NCBI RefSeq assembly: GCF_009914755.1
Contig: NC_060936.1
Strand: one strand, 5' to 3'
Length of the DNA stretch: 64,000 bases
Source: the human T2T-CHM13v2.0 reference genome, Homo sapiens
The notes beneath the pieces were generated by a model, which worked only from the letters and a program-made list of their open reading frames with translations, searched no databases and had not been told where the DNA came from. Below are positions 52,396 through 64,000 of the stretch, piece by piece. Numbering within the stretch: the first letter of the stretch is position 1; each line of letters opens with the position of its first letter. The translations under genes were made by a program, and so were the position numbers.

Positions 52396-54535
52396 AAAGT
52401 CCTAGCCAGAGCAGTTAGGCAAGAGAAAGAAATAATATGCATCCAAATAGGAAAGACAGGAGATCAAACTATCTCTCTTCACAGACTATATGATTCTGTA
52501 CCTAGAAAACCCCATAGTCTCTGCCCAAAGGCAGAACTGATAAACAACTTAAGTAACGTTTCAGAATACAGAATCACTGTACAAAAATTAGTAGCATTTC
52601 TATACAACAATAATGTCTAAGCTGAGAGCCAAATCAAGAATGTAATCCCATTCACAATAGCCACAAACAGAATAAAATACCTAGGAATATAGCCAATAAG
52701 GGAAGTGAAAGATCTCTACAGTGAGAATTACAAAACACTGCTGAAAGAAATCAGAGATGACACAAACAAATGGAAAAATATTCAATGTTCATGGATAGGA
52801 AGAATCGATATTGTTGAAATGCCCATACTGCCCAGAGAAATTTATAGATTCAATGCTATTCCTATCAAACTACCAGTTACATTCTTCACAGAATTATAAA
52901 AAATTATTTTAAAATTCATATGGAACCAAAAAATAGCCCAAATAACTGAAGCAATCCTAAGCAAAAAGATAAAAACTGGAGGCATCACACTACCCAATTT
53001 CAAACTATATTACAAGGCTACAGTAACTAAAACAGCATGGTACTGGTACAGAAACAGGCACATAGACCAATGGAACAGGTTGGAGAACCCAGAAATAAAG
53101 CGCCACACCTACATAGCCGTCTGATCTTTGAAAAAGTTTCCAATAACAAGCAACAGGGAAAGAATTCTCTATTCAATAGATCATGCTAGGACAACTGACT
53201 AGCCATATGCAGAAGATTGAAACTGGATCCCTTCCTTTTACCACATACCAAACTCAACTCAAGATAGATTAAAGACTTAAACATGAAACCTAAAACTATA
53301 AAAACCCTATATGAAAACCTAGGAGATACAACTCCAGACATAGACCTTGGCAAAGATTTCATGTCAAAGACTCCAAAAGCAATTGCAACAAAAAGAAAAA
53401 GTAACAAGTGGGACCTAATTAAACAAAAGAGCTTCTGCACAGCAAAAGAAACTATCAGCAGATTAAATAGCCTACAGAATGGGAGAAAATAATTGCAAAC
53501 TATGCATCCAACAAAGGTCTAATATCCAGGTTCTATACGGAACTTTAAAAAATCAACAATCGGCCAGGTGCAGTGGCTTACGCCTGTAATCCCAGCACCT
53601 TCGGAGGCTGAGGTGGCTGGATCACCTGAGGTCTGGAGTTTGAGGCCAGCCTGACCAACATGGTGAAACCCCGTCTTTACTAAAAATACAAAAATTAGCT
53701 GGGCATGTTGGCACGCACCTGTAGTCCCAGCTACCAGGGAAGCTGAGCCAGGAAAACTACTTGAATACAGGAGGCGGAGGTTGCAGTGAGCCAAGATAGT
53801 ACCACTGCACCCCAGCCTGGATGACAGAGTAAGCCTCTGTCTCAAAAAAAAAAAAAAAAAAGAAAAAAAAGAAAAAAAAATCAACAAGCAAAAAACGACA
53901 GCCCTGTTAAAAAGTGGGCAATGGATATGAACAGACATTTCTCCAAAGAAGACATAGATGTGGCCCATAACATATGAGAAAATGCTCAACATCACTAATC
54001 ATTAGAGAAATGCAAATCAAAACCACAATGAAATACCATCTCACACCAGTCAGAATGGCTATTATTAGTAAGTCAAAAAATGACAGATGTTGGTGAGGTT
54101 ACAGAGAAAAGACAACATTTATACACTGCTGATGGGAATGCAAATTAGTTCAGCCACTGCAGAGAGCAGTTTGATGAGTTCTCAAAGAACTGAGGACTAC
54201 CATTCAACCCAGCAATCCCATTACTGGGTATATACCCAAAGGAATATAAATTGTTCTATCCTAAAGATACATGCATGTGTATGTTCATTGCAGCACTTTC
54301 ACAATGGTAAAGACATGGAATCAAGCTAGATGTTTATAAATGGTGGACTAGATAAAGAAAATGTGGTACATATATTCCAGGGAATACTACGCAGCCATGA
54401 AAAAAATCACGTCCTTTGTAGCAACATTTATACAGCTGAAGGCCATTATCCTAAGTGAATTAACACAGGAGCAGAAAACTAAACACTACATTCTCACTTA
54501 TAAGTGGGAGCTAAATGTTGAGTATACATGGACAA
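52396..54535 (+). mobile_element. L1PA15/16-like ORF2 3' half lacking its 3' terminus
   Basis: ORFs 52705-52899 ([15 protein letters not shown]...WIGRI) and 53283-53492; stops at gagtatacatggaca with no 3'UTR end or A-tail. Confidence 0.88.
53562..53874 (+). mobile_element. Full-length AluSx-like element inside L1
   Basis: Alu dimer with long A-tail; TSD aaaaaatcaacaa(t/g)c. Confidence 0.93.
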
Positions 54536-54798
54536 AAGAGGACACAAGAGGAGGTTCTGGGGTGCTGGTATTGTTCTGTTTCCTGATCTGGGCAGTGATA
54601 TTTCCATGAGTGCATTCACTTTATAACATGTCATCAAAATGATCTCCTATCATTTGTGTACCTTTCTATATGTGTGTTATGTTTCAGTTAAAAATATACT
54701 TAAACTACTGGAATAAAAGCTACTTTTTTCAGGGAAGCTCACATATTATCTTATCAAAACAATTTATAGTTTAAATGAATCTTGGAGATTAGCTATTC

Positions 54799-54992
54799 CA
54801 GGGATCAGCGAACTGCAGCTCTGTTTTTGTACGGAACATGAGCTAAGAATGATTTTATATTTTAAAGGGCTGTAAAAAAAGAAAGAGGAGAAGGAGGAGG
54901 AGCATATACTGCAAAAACCATATATCATCTTCAAAACTTAAAATATTTGCTATCTTCCCCTTTAGAGAAAAAAAAATTGCTTAACTCTATGG
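54799..54992. mobile_element. MER58C-like hAT element inserted in a MIR (~54765-55125)
   Basis: cagggatcagcgaact...gagctaagaatgattttatatttt...aaaatatttgctatct...ctttagagaaaaa. Confidence 0.55.
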
Positions 54993-55366
54993 TCCATCAC
55001 CCTCTCATTGTACAGGTGATTAAACTGAGGCCAGAAAGACATGTCCAAAATCATCCAGCTGGTTGGGAGTAGAACTAAGACAAGAAGCTAATTTTTTTTT
55101 GGCTCACATGGTACTGTTCTTTCCACCAGTTAATGTACTTAATCTGTACCATCAACACAGAGCCCTCACTAGACCTGGGTACCCATCTTCATATTGCCCA
55201 CAGGCAACTCCTCATTTTTCCGTTTCTACTTGCCACACCAAGCCTACTCTTAATCCTTCACACCTGTCTTAGCACCCACCCTTCTGTGCAGTCAGGATCC
55301 AATGAGACAGTTTTAGCTCCTCCTTTATTCTTCATAGCTCATGTTTAATTGATCACCAAGATCTGT

Positions 55367-55768
55367 CACTATGGTTTGCTGTTTGTCCCCTCCAAACCTC
55401 ATGTTGAAATCTGATCCCCAGTGTTGGAGGTATTTGGGTCATAGGGCAGATCCCTTATGAATAGATTAATGTCCTCCCTTGGAGGTCAGTGAGTCCTCAC
55501 TCTATTAGTTCCCAGGAGAGCTGGTTGTTAAAGAGAACCTGGCTTGCCCCAGCCCTTCTTGCTTCCTCTCTCACCATGTAATCTCTGCACATGCCAGCTC
55601 ACCACAGCATTGCATCATGAGTGGAAGCAGCTAGAGGCCGTCACCAGCTGCAGATACCCAATCTTGAACTTTCCAATCATCAGAGTCATCTGCCAAATAA
55701 ACATCTTTTCTTCGTAAATTATCCAGCCTCAGATATTCCTTTACAGCAACACTAAGTGGACAAAGACA
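55367..55768 (+). mobile_element. MSTB-type MaLR solo LTR within L2
   Basis: ctatggtttg...aaacctcatgttgaaatctgatccccagtgttggagg...agcaacactaagtggacaaagaca; TSD tctgt/cctgt. Confidence 0.85.
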
Positions 55769-56004
55769 CCTGTCAATTCTCTTTCCTAACATACCTCAAA
55801 ACTATCCTTCTATTTAAACCATTACTACCTTAGATCAGAACTTTATCTTGTCTTTTCAGAGCTATTGATTAGTCTCTAACTGGCTTTCCTGTCTTGCTTT
55901 CTTTCAGTTCATCCACAACCAGACTAATCTTGTTAAACAGAAGAGTTGATATTCCATTTGTCTATTTAAATACTTAATTCAATTTCTATCTCCTAGATGA
56001 AAGA

Positions 56005-56192
56005 CACTAGCCAGATGTGGCTATATAAATTTAAATTGATTAAAATTAAAGGAAATAAACAATTCAGTGCCTAAGTTAGAGTAGCCACACTTCAAGTACT
56101 CAGTAGCCACACATAACAAGTGGATATCACATGGGCAGCACAGCTTTAGAACATGTCTGTCAGTGCAGAATGTTCTCTTGAGCAGTGCTATC
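56005..56192. mobile_element. MER33/MER3 hAT fragment
   Basis: cactagccagatgtggcta...ttaaaattaaa...agccacacttcaagtactcagtagccaca. Confidence 0.75.
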
Positions 56193-56587
56193 AACATCTA
56201 TGGGAGAATATTTGAGCTCCTTAATATGGCACATAAAATGTATTATTGTCTGATCCCTGCCTTGTTCTTTCATCATCTCTTGCCATTCCCTTCTAGAGCT
56301 CTATATGTCTGTGATAGTGAAATGCTTAAAATTCCCCAAAACACAATGCCATTCATGCTATCAGACTGCAGAACATGCAATATCCTCTGCACAGAAAACC
56401 TGTTCCTGTGGCCAACTTCTGTCGATTCAAAAACGACTAAAATGTTACCTCTTCTAGGAAACCTTCCATGATCCTTACCATTCATTCCTCTTGTAGTAAT
56501 TTCTATACTGAAGACAGATTTTTGTTGGTAAATTTACATAACATTGCATTGAAATTTATTTTTATCTTTCTTTTCCTGTACACTTGA

Positions 56588-56770
56588 CTAGAGGTTGGCA
56601 AACTTTTTCTAAAAAGGGCTATGTAATAAATATCTTTTACTTTGACAGCCTGTAGTCTCAGATACAGCTATTCCACCCTGTTGATGGAATGTGAAAGCAG
56701 TCACAGACCATATGTAGGTGAATGACTGTGGATAGCATTAGCTAGTTGGCATCATTTTTTGATCCCAGGT
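56588..56770. mobile_element. MER58A fragment
   Basis: agaggttggcaaactttttctaaaaagggc...aaagcagtcacagaccatatgta. Confidence 0.7.
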
Positions 56771-57984
56771 TAGAAATGATCATGATATCTTGCTCAGTAT
56801 ATACTTTTGAGTGGAATGAATGAATGAGTATGGAAGAACTAAACTATGTATCATTAGGAGAGTGAAATGATTAGAATTTCATCACAAAGAGAAAAAATGC
56901 TGGGTGTAATTATGCATATTGAGATTATTTTGTATAATCTTGAAAAACCTAGTTTAAATAAAAAAGGGGAAGGAAGATTTTGTTATTTAATTCAGTATTA
57001 TATAAGCCCATGATAAATTTGATTTTTCAAAGACCTGATAATCACTTTAACATAATGGACTTTCTTTGTAATCTTCTGCACTTTATTTTAAGCATTTAAA
57101 CAAATTGTTCTCAGAAGGAGTTTAGCCTTCATCAGATGACCAAAGGGTACAAACAGGACCTCTGCTTGTGCCTGGGCTCTGTCTGTGGGTCCTGGTGTTC
57201 CTGGAGCACATCCAGGGAGGCACCGCACTCAGTTTGTCTAGATCGGAGGAGATCATGGTACAGCTGTAGCTAGGGAGCCCCAGCTCAGCCAGAGGAGCTC
57301 TGCATGGTACATGAGCAATTACCAAGCTAAGAAGCTGCCTGCTGGAATCCTCCCCACCAAAGAATGCTTGGCCACTTTCTGGGTGTCTGTCTGGATTTGG
57401 ATTCCCCCAGTTTTGGAAAGCCTGCCATTCCAAACACTTTCCCTGCTTTTGCCACAGAGTGAGGTAACAGGACCAGGGCTCTACCTGAAAGCTCTTTTGA
57501 GCTCCAGTGTGTGTCTGAGCCAGTGGGTGGAGTGGAGAAGAGGGAGAAGCTGTGAACCCTGGGTTTGTGTACATTGGCTAGGGCTAAATGTGCATTGATT
57601 AATACCAGGGTAAAAAACTGTGGCCTGAGTCTATGGCTCAGTGGATGATAATTATATTTTTTTTCTCACATCTTGCCTCAGGGAAGGGTGGAGGTGCCAA
57701 GTCTAAGTGTAAGCTGGAGGAGTTTTTCTTGTTGTTATTGTTTTCAAAAATATTTGCATGTTCAAATTCTTTATAACACAATTGAATGCACATTAGGTGA
57801 GTTATATAAACAAGGGTCCCTGTTCACAGGTTAATCTCCAGAAATTCACAGTTGCCTAATCAGTTCCCTTTTGAAAACAAAGGTTTAAATGCCTGCTCAG
57901 AGAAGACAGACCACCATACACTCAAGTCTAGAAATGCCAACCCTTCAAGTTATCTAGACTGTGCCAGTGACTCAGTAATCAGAT

Positions 57985-58120
57985 TGTGTTAGGAGTCAGG
58001 CTAACTTGGGTTTAAATCCAAGCTCTGCTAGATGTGTGACTCTGAAATCGACATTTGATCTCTGTCAGCTTCTGTTCCTTGTGTGTAAAGTAAATGCAAT
58101 AATACCTACCTCATATTCCA
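57985..58120 (+). mobile_element. MIR fragment
   Basis: ggagtcaggctaacttgggtttaaatcc...gatgtgtgac...aataatacctacctcata. Confidence 0.65.
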
Positions 58121-58568
58121 AATGACATGGGATAGTGTAGACTTGCAATTTCTTTGTGTTGGGATGTCTTCATTTTGCTAATTGAGGCCCACATGCTCCT
58201 GTTGGGCAGGCACAATGCAGGATTGTGCCTTCCTTCTCCTCAGAGCATCTGACCTACAGTGGGGCCACCTCACAGTAGACACACAATGTCTCCTTGATCA
58301 AGATTATTTTTCAGTCTTCCTTTGGCTATTGGATTTATCATGTTGATTTGGGCCAGGATATGAATCTTGTAGCAAAAAGTTCCTCCTTGTGTCTCTTATA
58401 CTTGTATACCACACTAATTATCTACTAATTTTTTTTGCTCTGATTAATTTTATCATCTAGGGCATCCTTCCTGTCTCCTACCCTCACCTCACCTTTTCTG
58501 GAGAAATTCTGAAGATGCAGGTCTCCTTTGGGCAGAGTTTTGAGTGCCTATTACTATCTTCACAACTA

Positions 58569-59029
58569 GAGATGGTCCCTGACTTACGATGGTTCAACTT
58601 AATGATTTTTCCACTCTATGATGGTGCAAAAGTAATATGCAATTTGTAGAAACTATACTTTGAATTTTGAAGTTTGATCTTTTTTCCAGGATACTGGTGG
58701 TATGTGGTGCAATATGCTCTCCTGATGCTGGGCAGTAGCGGCAAGCACAGCCGCAGTCAGCCATGCGATCATGAGGGTAAACAACTCATACTGTACTTAC
58801 AGTGTACTGTATTCTATAAATTATATGAGATATTCAACACTTTTTATAAAACAGGCTTTGTGTTTGATGATTTTGCTCAGCTGTAGGCTAATGTAAGTGC
58901 TTAAGTAGACTAGGCTAAGCTATGATGTTTGGTACGTTAGGTGTGTTAAATGCATTTTTGACTTAGGATATGTTTAATTTACAATGGGTTTACTGGGACA
59001 TAACCCCACTGTAAGTCAAGAAACATCTG
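58569..59029. mobile_element. MER47-like Tigger MITE
   Basis: TIRs gagatggtccctgacttacgatgg / ccactgtaagtcaagaaacatctg with TA on both sides. Confidence 0.85.
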
Positions 59030-59409
59030 TATTTGGTGGTTCTCTTCACTAGGGTCATCATCCCCTATCACATACAGTGACATAAATATCTCAGCTCCTG
59101 ACTGATCCAGGAGACTTCCAAGTTGAAAATGTTCTTGAGGATTCTGTGGGGTTTTTTCTTATGATTGAGGGAGACTGAAGTGCTTAGGTAAATTGCTGGG
59201 ATCCAACAGCCTCTCCTGATAGAAAGCTCCAAATGTGAAATCATAGACATGTTTGAGAATGGGTCTATAAGTTCACTCATTTAGCAAATAGTTATTACAA
59301 TGTCAATCCACCTGGCCTGCTACAATGTAAGGATCCTGAGGACAGGGTTAATATGGTTTGTTTATTACTCTCTGGCTCAATAAATTTTTGTTGAATCAAT
59401 AAATGAGAG

Positions 59410-60900
59410 CCTTGTAAAGCCAGATCTAGATGTACAAATAACTATGAAAGAAATGGAAGCAAGGAAGAAAGAAGGCTTTATCTAGCATGGGGGAGTCATG
59501 AAGACTTCATTAAAGAGGTGTATTTGAGCTGAGACTTGAAGGTTGCTCAAGCGTCTTCAATTGGACAAATGATCAAATTCCACACAGAGAAACTAGTGTG
59601 TACAAGGGTGACAAAGAAATAAGGTAGCATGATATGTTATAGGATTTACAAAAAGTTTGGGATGGCTGTTGTGGGAAGGGAATGATGGGGCAAAATAGAA
59701 GAAAAGAGATCATGAATTACTTACTGTGATCTGATAAAGAGTATGGGCTTTATCCTACAGACAATAGGTGAGCCATCAAAGAGTTGTAACCAGAAAAGTG
59801 ACCAAATGTATTTTAGAGAGACCACTCTGGAGGAGAGATTCGAGAGGGTAAGACAGGCAGAACCACTTGAAGCCAGGAGGCGGAGGTTGCAGTGAGCTGA
59901 GATCGCACCACTGCATTCCAGCCTGGACTACAGGGTGAGACTTTTGTCTCAAAGGAAAAAAAAAAAAAAAGACTGAGGCAGGGAGACATAGGAGGACATT
60001 GTAGTGACTTAGTGAATGAGAGAGGAGGGGTGCCTAAGGCAGAGAAGTGCAGCGGAATGGTGAAGGGGTGTTCTTGATATAGTCTTAAGAGGTAAAATTT
60101 ATATAACTTGGGTGCAATGGAGAAGGAAGTGTTGAGATTTGGGCACTGATTTTGGCACCTGGATCAATGGGAAGAAAGTGGTTTTCTGGTAAGAAAATGA
60201 AGAAGTTAATTGTAGGTGTCTGTGGAACACCTGAATGGAGATATTTGAGAAGCAGTTGGATACCCAAGTTGGAGCTGAGGAGTGAGCTTTGGAATGGTAG
60301 TGTTGACCGGGAAGTTATCAGCAGTTCTATAAACAGAACCCCGGAGAACACCAAGATTTAAGGGCCAACCAGAAAGAGAAAAAAAAAAAAAAAAAAACAG
60401 AAAAGAAAAGGGCCTAGATCAAGAGAGAAGAGAGGTTCAAGAATGAGGAGGGCCTCAACAATGCCAAGTGAAGATAAAAACCACTGGATTAGGAACTAAG
60501 AAACTGTGGAGAACAGGAAAAGAACTATTTTGGTGGTAAAGTGGGGGCACAGAATAGGTTCCAGTGGGTTACAGAGGAAATGAGAGGTTAAAAAGTGAAG
60601 ACAGCAAGTGTAGATACTTATTTCTAGATATTCAATTGGCCAAGGGCAAAGCCAAAAGTAGAATGGAACTAAGAGCAATAGATAGGCTTTAAGAAGGTTT
60701 TAATTTGCTTTTTGTTGTTATGTTTTCTGTTTTGTTGTTAAAGATAGAACAGATCTGAGCATATTTATGTAGGATGGGAAAATAATTAGGAGAGACAGGG
60801 AAAGTGACCATACAGGAAAGAGGGGGTTCTTTTGATGGAATTAAATAATGGTTTTAAAGAGAGAGAGATTAGTTGTACATAGAAGGAGAGACCTTTCTTC
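59410..60900 (-). mobile_element. L2 (long fragment)
   Basis: gaagacttcattaaagaggtgtatttgagctgagacttgaagg...gggctttatcctacagacaataggtgagccatc...gtgggttacagaggaaatgagaggt. Confidence 0.75.
59856..59970 (+). mobile_element. 5'-truncated Alu (right-arm end) in L2
   Basis: agaaccacttgaagccaggaggcggaggttgcagtgagc...A-tail; TSD-like aagacaggcag / aagactgaggcag. Confidence 0.85.
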
Positions 60901-61074
60901 TTTGTACATGAGGTAATGATAGAACCTAACACAGATAAGCAACCTAACTAGAGTTTAAAACAGCCAACTGGCCTTACAGTAGATGGTCTTTCAGACACTA
61001 TCCAGAAAAAAAGAGAAAGGACCCTAGGAACTACAGACTCCTGGGTGTCTCACTGTCATCTTTCTTACTCAGCC

Positions 61075-61325
61075 TGGAAATGATGGGTGAAAGCACAGCC
61101 TTTGGAACCAGACTCTTTGAATTTACATTACAGCTATTCTACTTATTACTGCCCATGCAAACTTGGGTAACTTCATTTACCTCTAGGTGCAGATTGCTTC
61201 ATCTGCAAAATGGTTGTATTAACACTACCTCCTATATAGAATTGGGTGGAGATTACATAATATATCAGTAAAACACTCAGAACAGTACCTGGTACCTAAT
61301 AGGCACAGAATAAATGCTAGCTCCT
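61075..61325 (+). mobile_element. MIR SINE
   Basis: aagcacagcctttggaaccagac...ttcatctgcaaaatgg...agaacagtacctggtacctaataggcac. Confidence 0.8.
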
Positions 61326-61739
61326 ATGATACCAGGAAAGATAGTAGGATCACCAGACACTGAAAGCAAACACAACTCATAAGGAGAAAGATAGCAAGAT
61401 TTATAATGTAGAAAGGAAACTTCTCAGTTTTACCAAGAATAAGGGAAGGGTATACAATATAACCTATTTATATTTTCAAGAAAATATGTTTTATAGATTA
61501 TAAACCAAAAGGTAAACTTTCAATCAATACTACAACTTGTATTTATGGAAAAAAATCTAGAACACAAAAGTCACTCTGAATTGCTTGAAGATATTGTCCC
61601 GTTGTGTTGCCATAACCCCCAACAATAAGAGAATTCTAGATGTTATCAGGAGTGAATATAGAAACTCCTGGGAAAACTTTGTGTTTCCCTTGTACAAAAT
61701 GGGTGTGTTCACATCTGTAATATGATGTTTAGTTTGGGA

Positions 61740-61916
61740 TGTATTAGTCAGATCTTACACTGCTAAAAGACATACCTGAGTCTGGGTAATTTATTAAAAT
61801 CAAACAGGCTTACAGTGCTGTGGGCTACATGGGCTTCTGCTTCTAGGGATGCCTCAGGAAACTTACAATCATGGCAGAAGGTGAAGGGGAAGCAGGCACC
61901 TCTTCACATGGCCCGC

Positions 61917-61967
<51 letters not shown>

Positions 61968-62158
61968 GAGAGGTGCTACATACTTTCAAACAAACAGATC
62001 TTGTGAGAACTCTATCACGAGACAGCACTAGGAGATGATGCTAAACCATTAGAAACCACCCCCATGATTCAATCACCTCTCACCAGGCCCCACCTCCAAC
62101 ACTAGGAATTACAATTCAACATGAGGTTTAAGTCGGGACACAAATCCAAGGCATATCA
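61740..62158 (-). mobile_element. MSTA-type MaLR solo LTR with internal (GA)n
   Basis: tgtattagtc...gcctcaggaaacttacaatcatggcagaaggtgaagggg...caattcaacatgag...atatca; (GA)n at ~61928-61963. Confidence 0.88.
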
Positions 62159-62689
62159 ATGTGAGACCTCAAAAAATAAAAAGAGAGAAGGAAAGATACA
62201 TTCAGGCATATCTGAGTAGTGAATGTACAAACATTTAACTCATGTAAGGTTCACAAATGAGGTGTCTAAGCACTTCAAACAGAAATCAAATTTATAAATT
62301 TATGAATATGGATATTTAATTTGTCAGTTTATAATTAAGAAAATTAAAGCTCTGAGAGTTTATATTATTTACTCAGAGTTTATGTATTCAGTGCTGCAAG
62401 TGGCAGAACTGAGATTCCTAGGACTGGAAGTGGAAGAACTGGGATTCCTAGAATCTGTAGTTCTTTCCATACACTATGTTGCAAGCAGATGACAAAATCT
62501 TCCAGGAAATGGAGAAAAAAAGGTCAGGAAGCTTCTGTGTGACTAGACTTTGACCAAGTGGTTATATGATCAAAATTGAAGATGGTGATGGAAAAATATA
62601 GATTGGAAATTGAAATTGGTGGACATTATTTACTTGGAAAACATTTTCAACCCCTCACATAAGTCACATTCCTGTTAAGTATTTTCTTA

Positions 62690-62910
62690 TTCCCCCTATG
62701 CTTTTCTGCCGTAGCATTCATCACTGTTTTTGATTACATATTTACCTCTGTGATTATTTCATGAATGTTTGTTTCTTCCTCAGTTTCTTTAAGAAATATG
62801 AGAATGAGGATGGTATGTAATTTGTGTATGTAATTAGTGTATGCCCAAGACATAATATAGTATATGACAAATAGTAGATGCTCAATAAATAATTGACAAA
62901 TAAATAAATG
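62690..62910 (+). mobile_element. L2 3' end
   Basis: atagtagatgctcaataaataattgacaaataaataaatg. Confidence 0.6.
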
Positions 62911-63008
62911 GACACACCCACACCCATTAAGACTTGCAGACATAAACAGAAGACAAATAAAAATAAGAGCCATCAGTAAACGTTCCTGTGAATAAATAAA
63001 AAAAAATA

Positions 63009-64000
<992 letters not shown>

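Larger units (their letters stand above)
50060..54705 (+). mobile_element. Old L1M (L1ME-like) ORF2/3'UTR host carrying nested L1PA and Alu insertions
   Basis: gaattagtaagtgaattcagcaagg...gtcttttcaataaatgttgctgggtcaattgg; resumes at 51620 and at ~54540 (ttctggggtgctggtattgttctgtttcctgatctggg). Confidence 0.75.

Noticed and set aside
53519-53995. 158-aa ORF and similar ORFs at 779, 1695, 7695, 17992, 28953, 45864 and 62927
   Set aside because: Standard Alu-derived translations.

Overview
This is primate (human-like) euchromatic DNA: AT-rich, CpG-depleted, and probably well over half interspersed repeats (Alu, L1, L2, MIR, ERV/MaLR LTRs, hAT and Tc1/mariner MITEs). I find no credible protein-coding gene, RNA gene or CpG island. 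The recognisable ORFs in the track are Alu, L1 or ERV fragments and the rest look like chance frames, so the window is intronic or intergenic; I cannot name the locus. Main structures: (1) a two-LTR class I ERV provirus (5676-10849, minus; CTAC TSD, degenerate tRNA-Pro PBS, PPT) whose gag is joined by a large deletion to the integrase tail; (2) a twin-primed, 5'-inverted L1PA7-like insertion (18554-22726); (3) a MER58 carrying three nested insertions (L1MA, LTR8, MER50), with a 20-bp MLT2 LTR terminus inside the LTR8; (4) a collapsed ERVL/LTR16-like provirus with pol remnants; (5) an AluY insertion holding ~65 bp of unique 3' sequence plus a second Alu 3' stub within one 17-bp TSD, the most unusual item here. 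I did not find a new biological system. The findings concern retrotransposition mechanisms and candidate regulatory or splice elements. Family and subfamily names come from remembered consensus sequences, not from a RepeatMasker/Dfam run, and boundaries of old repeats are approximate.
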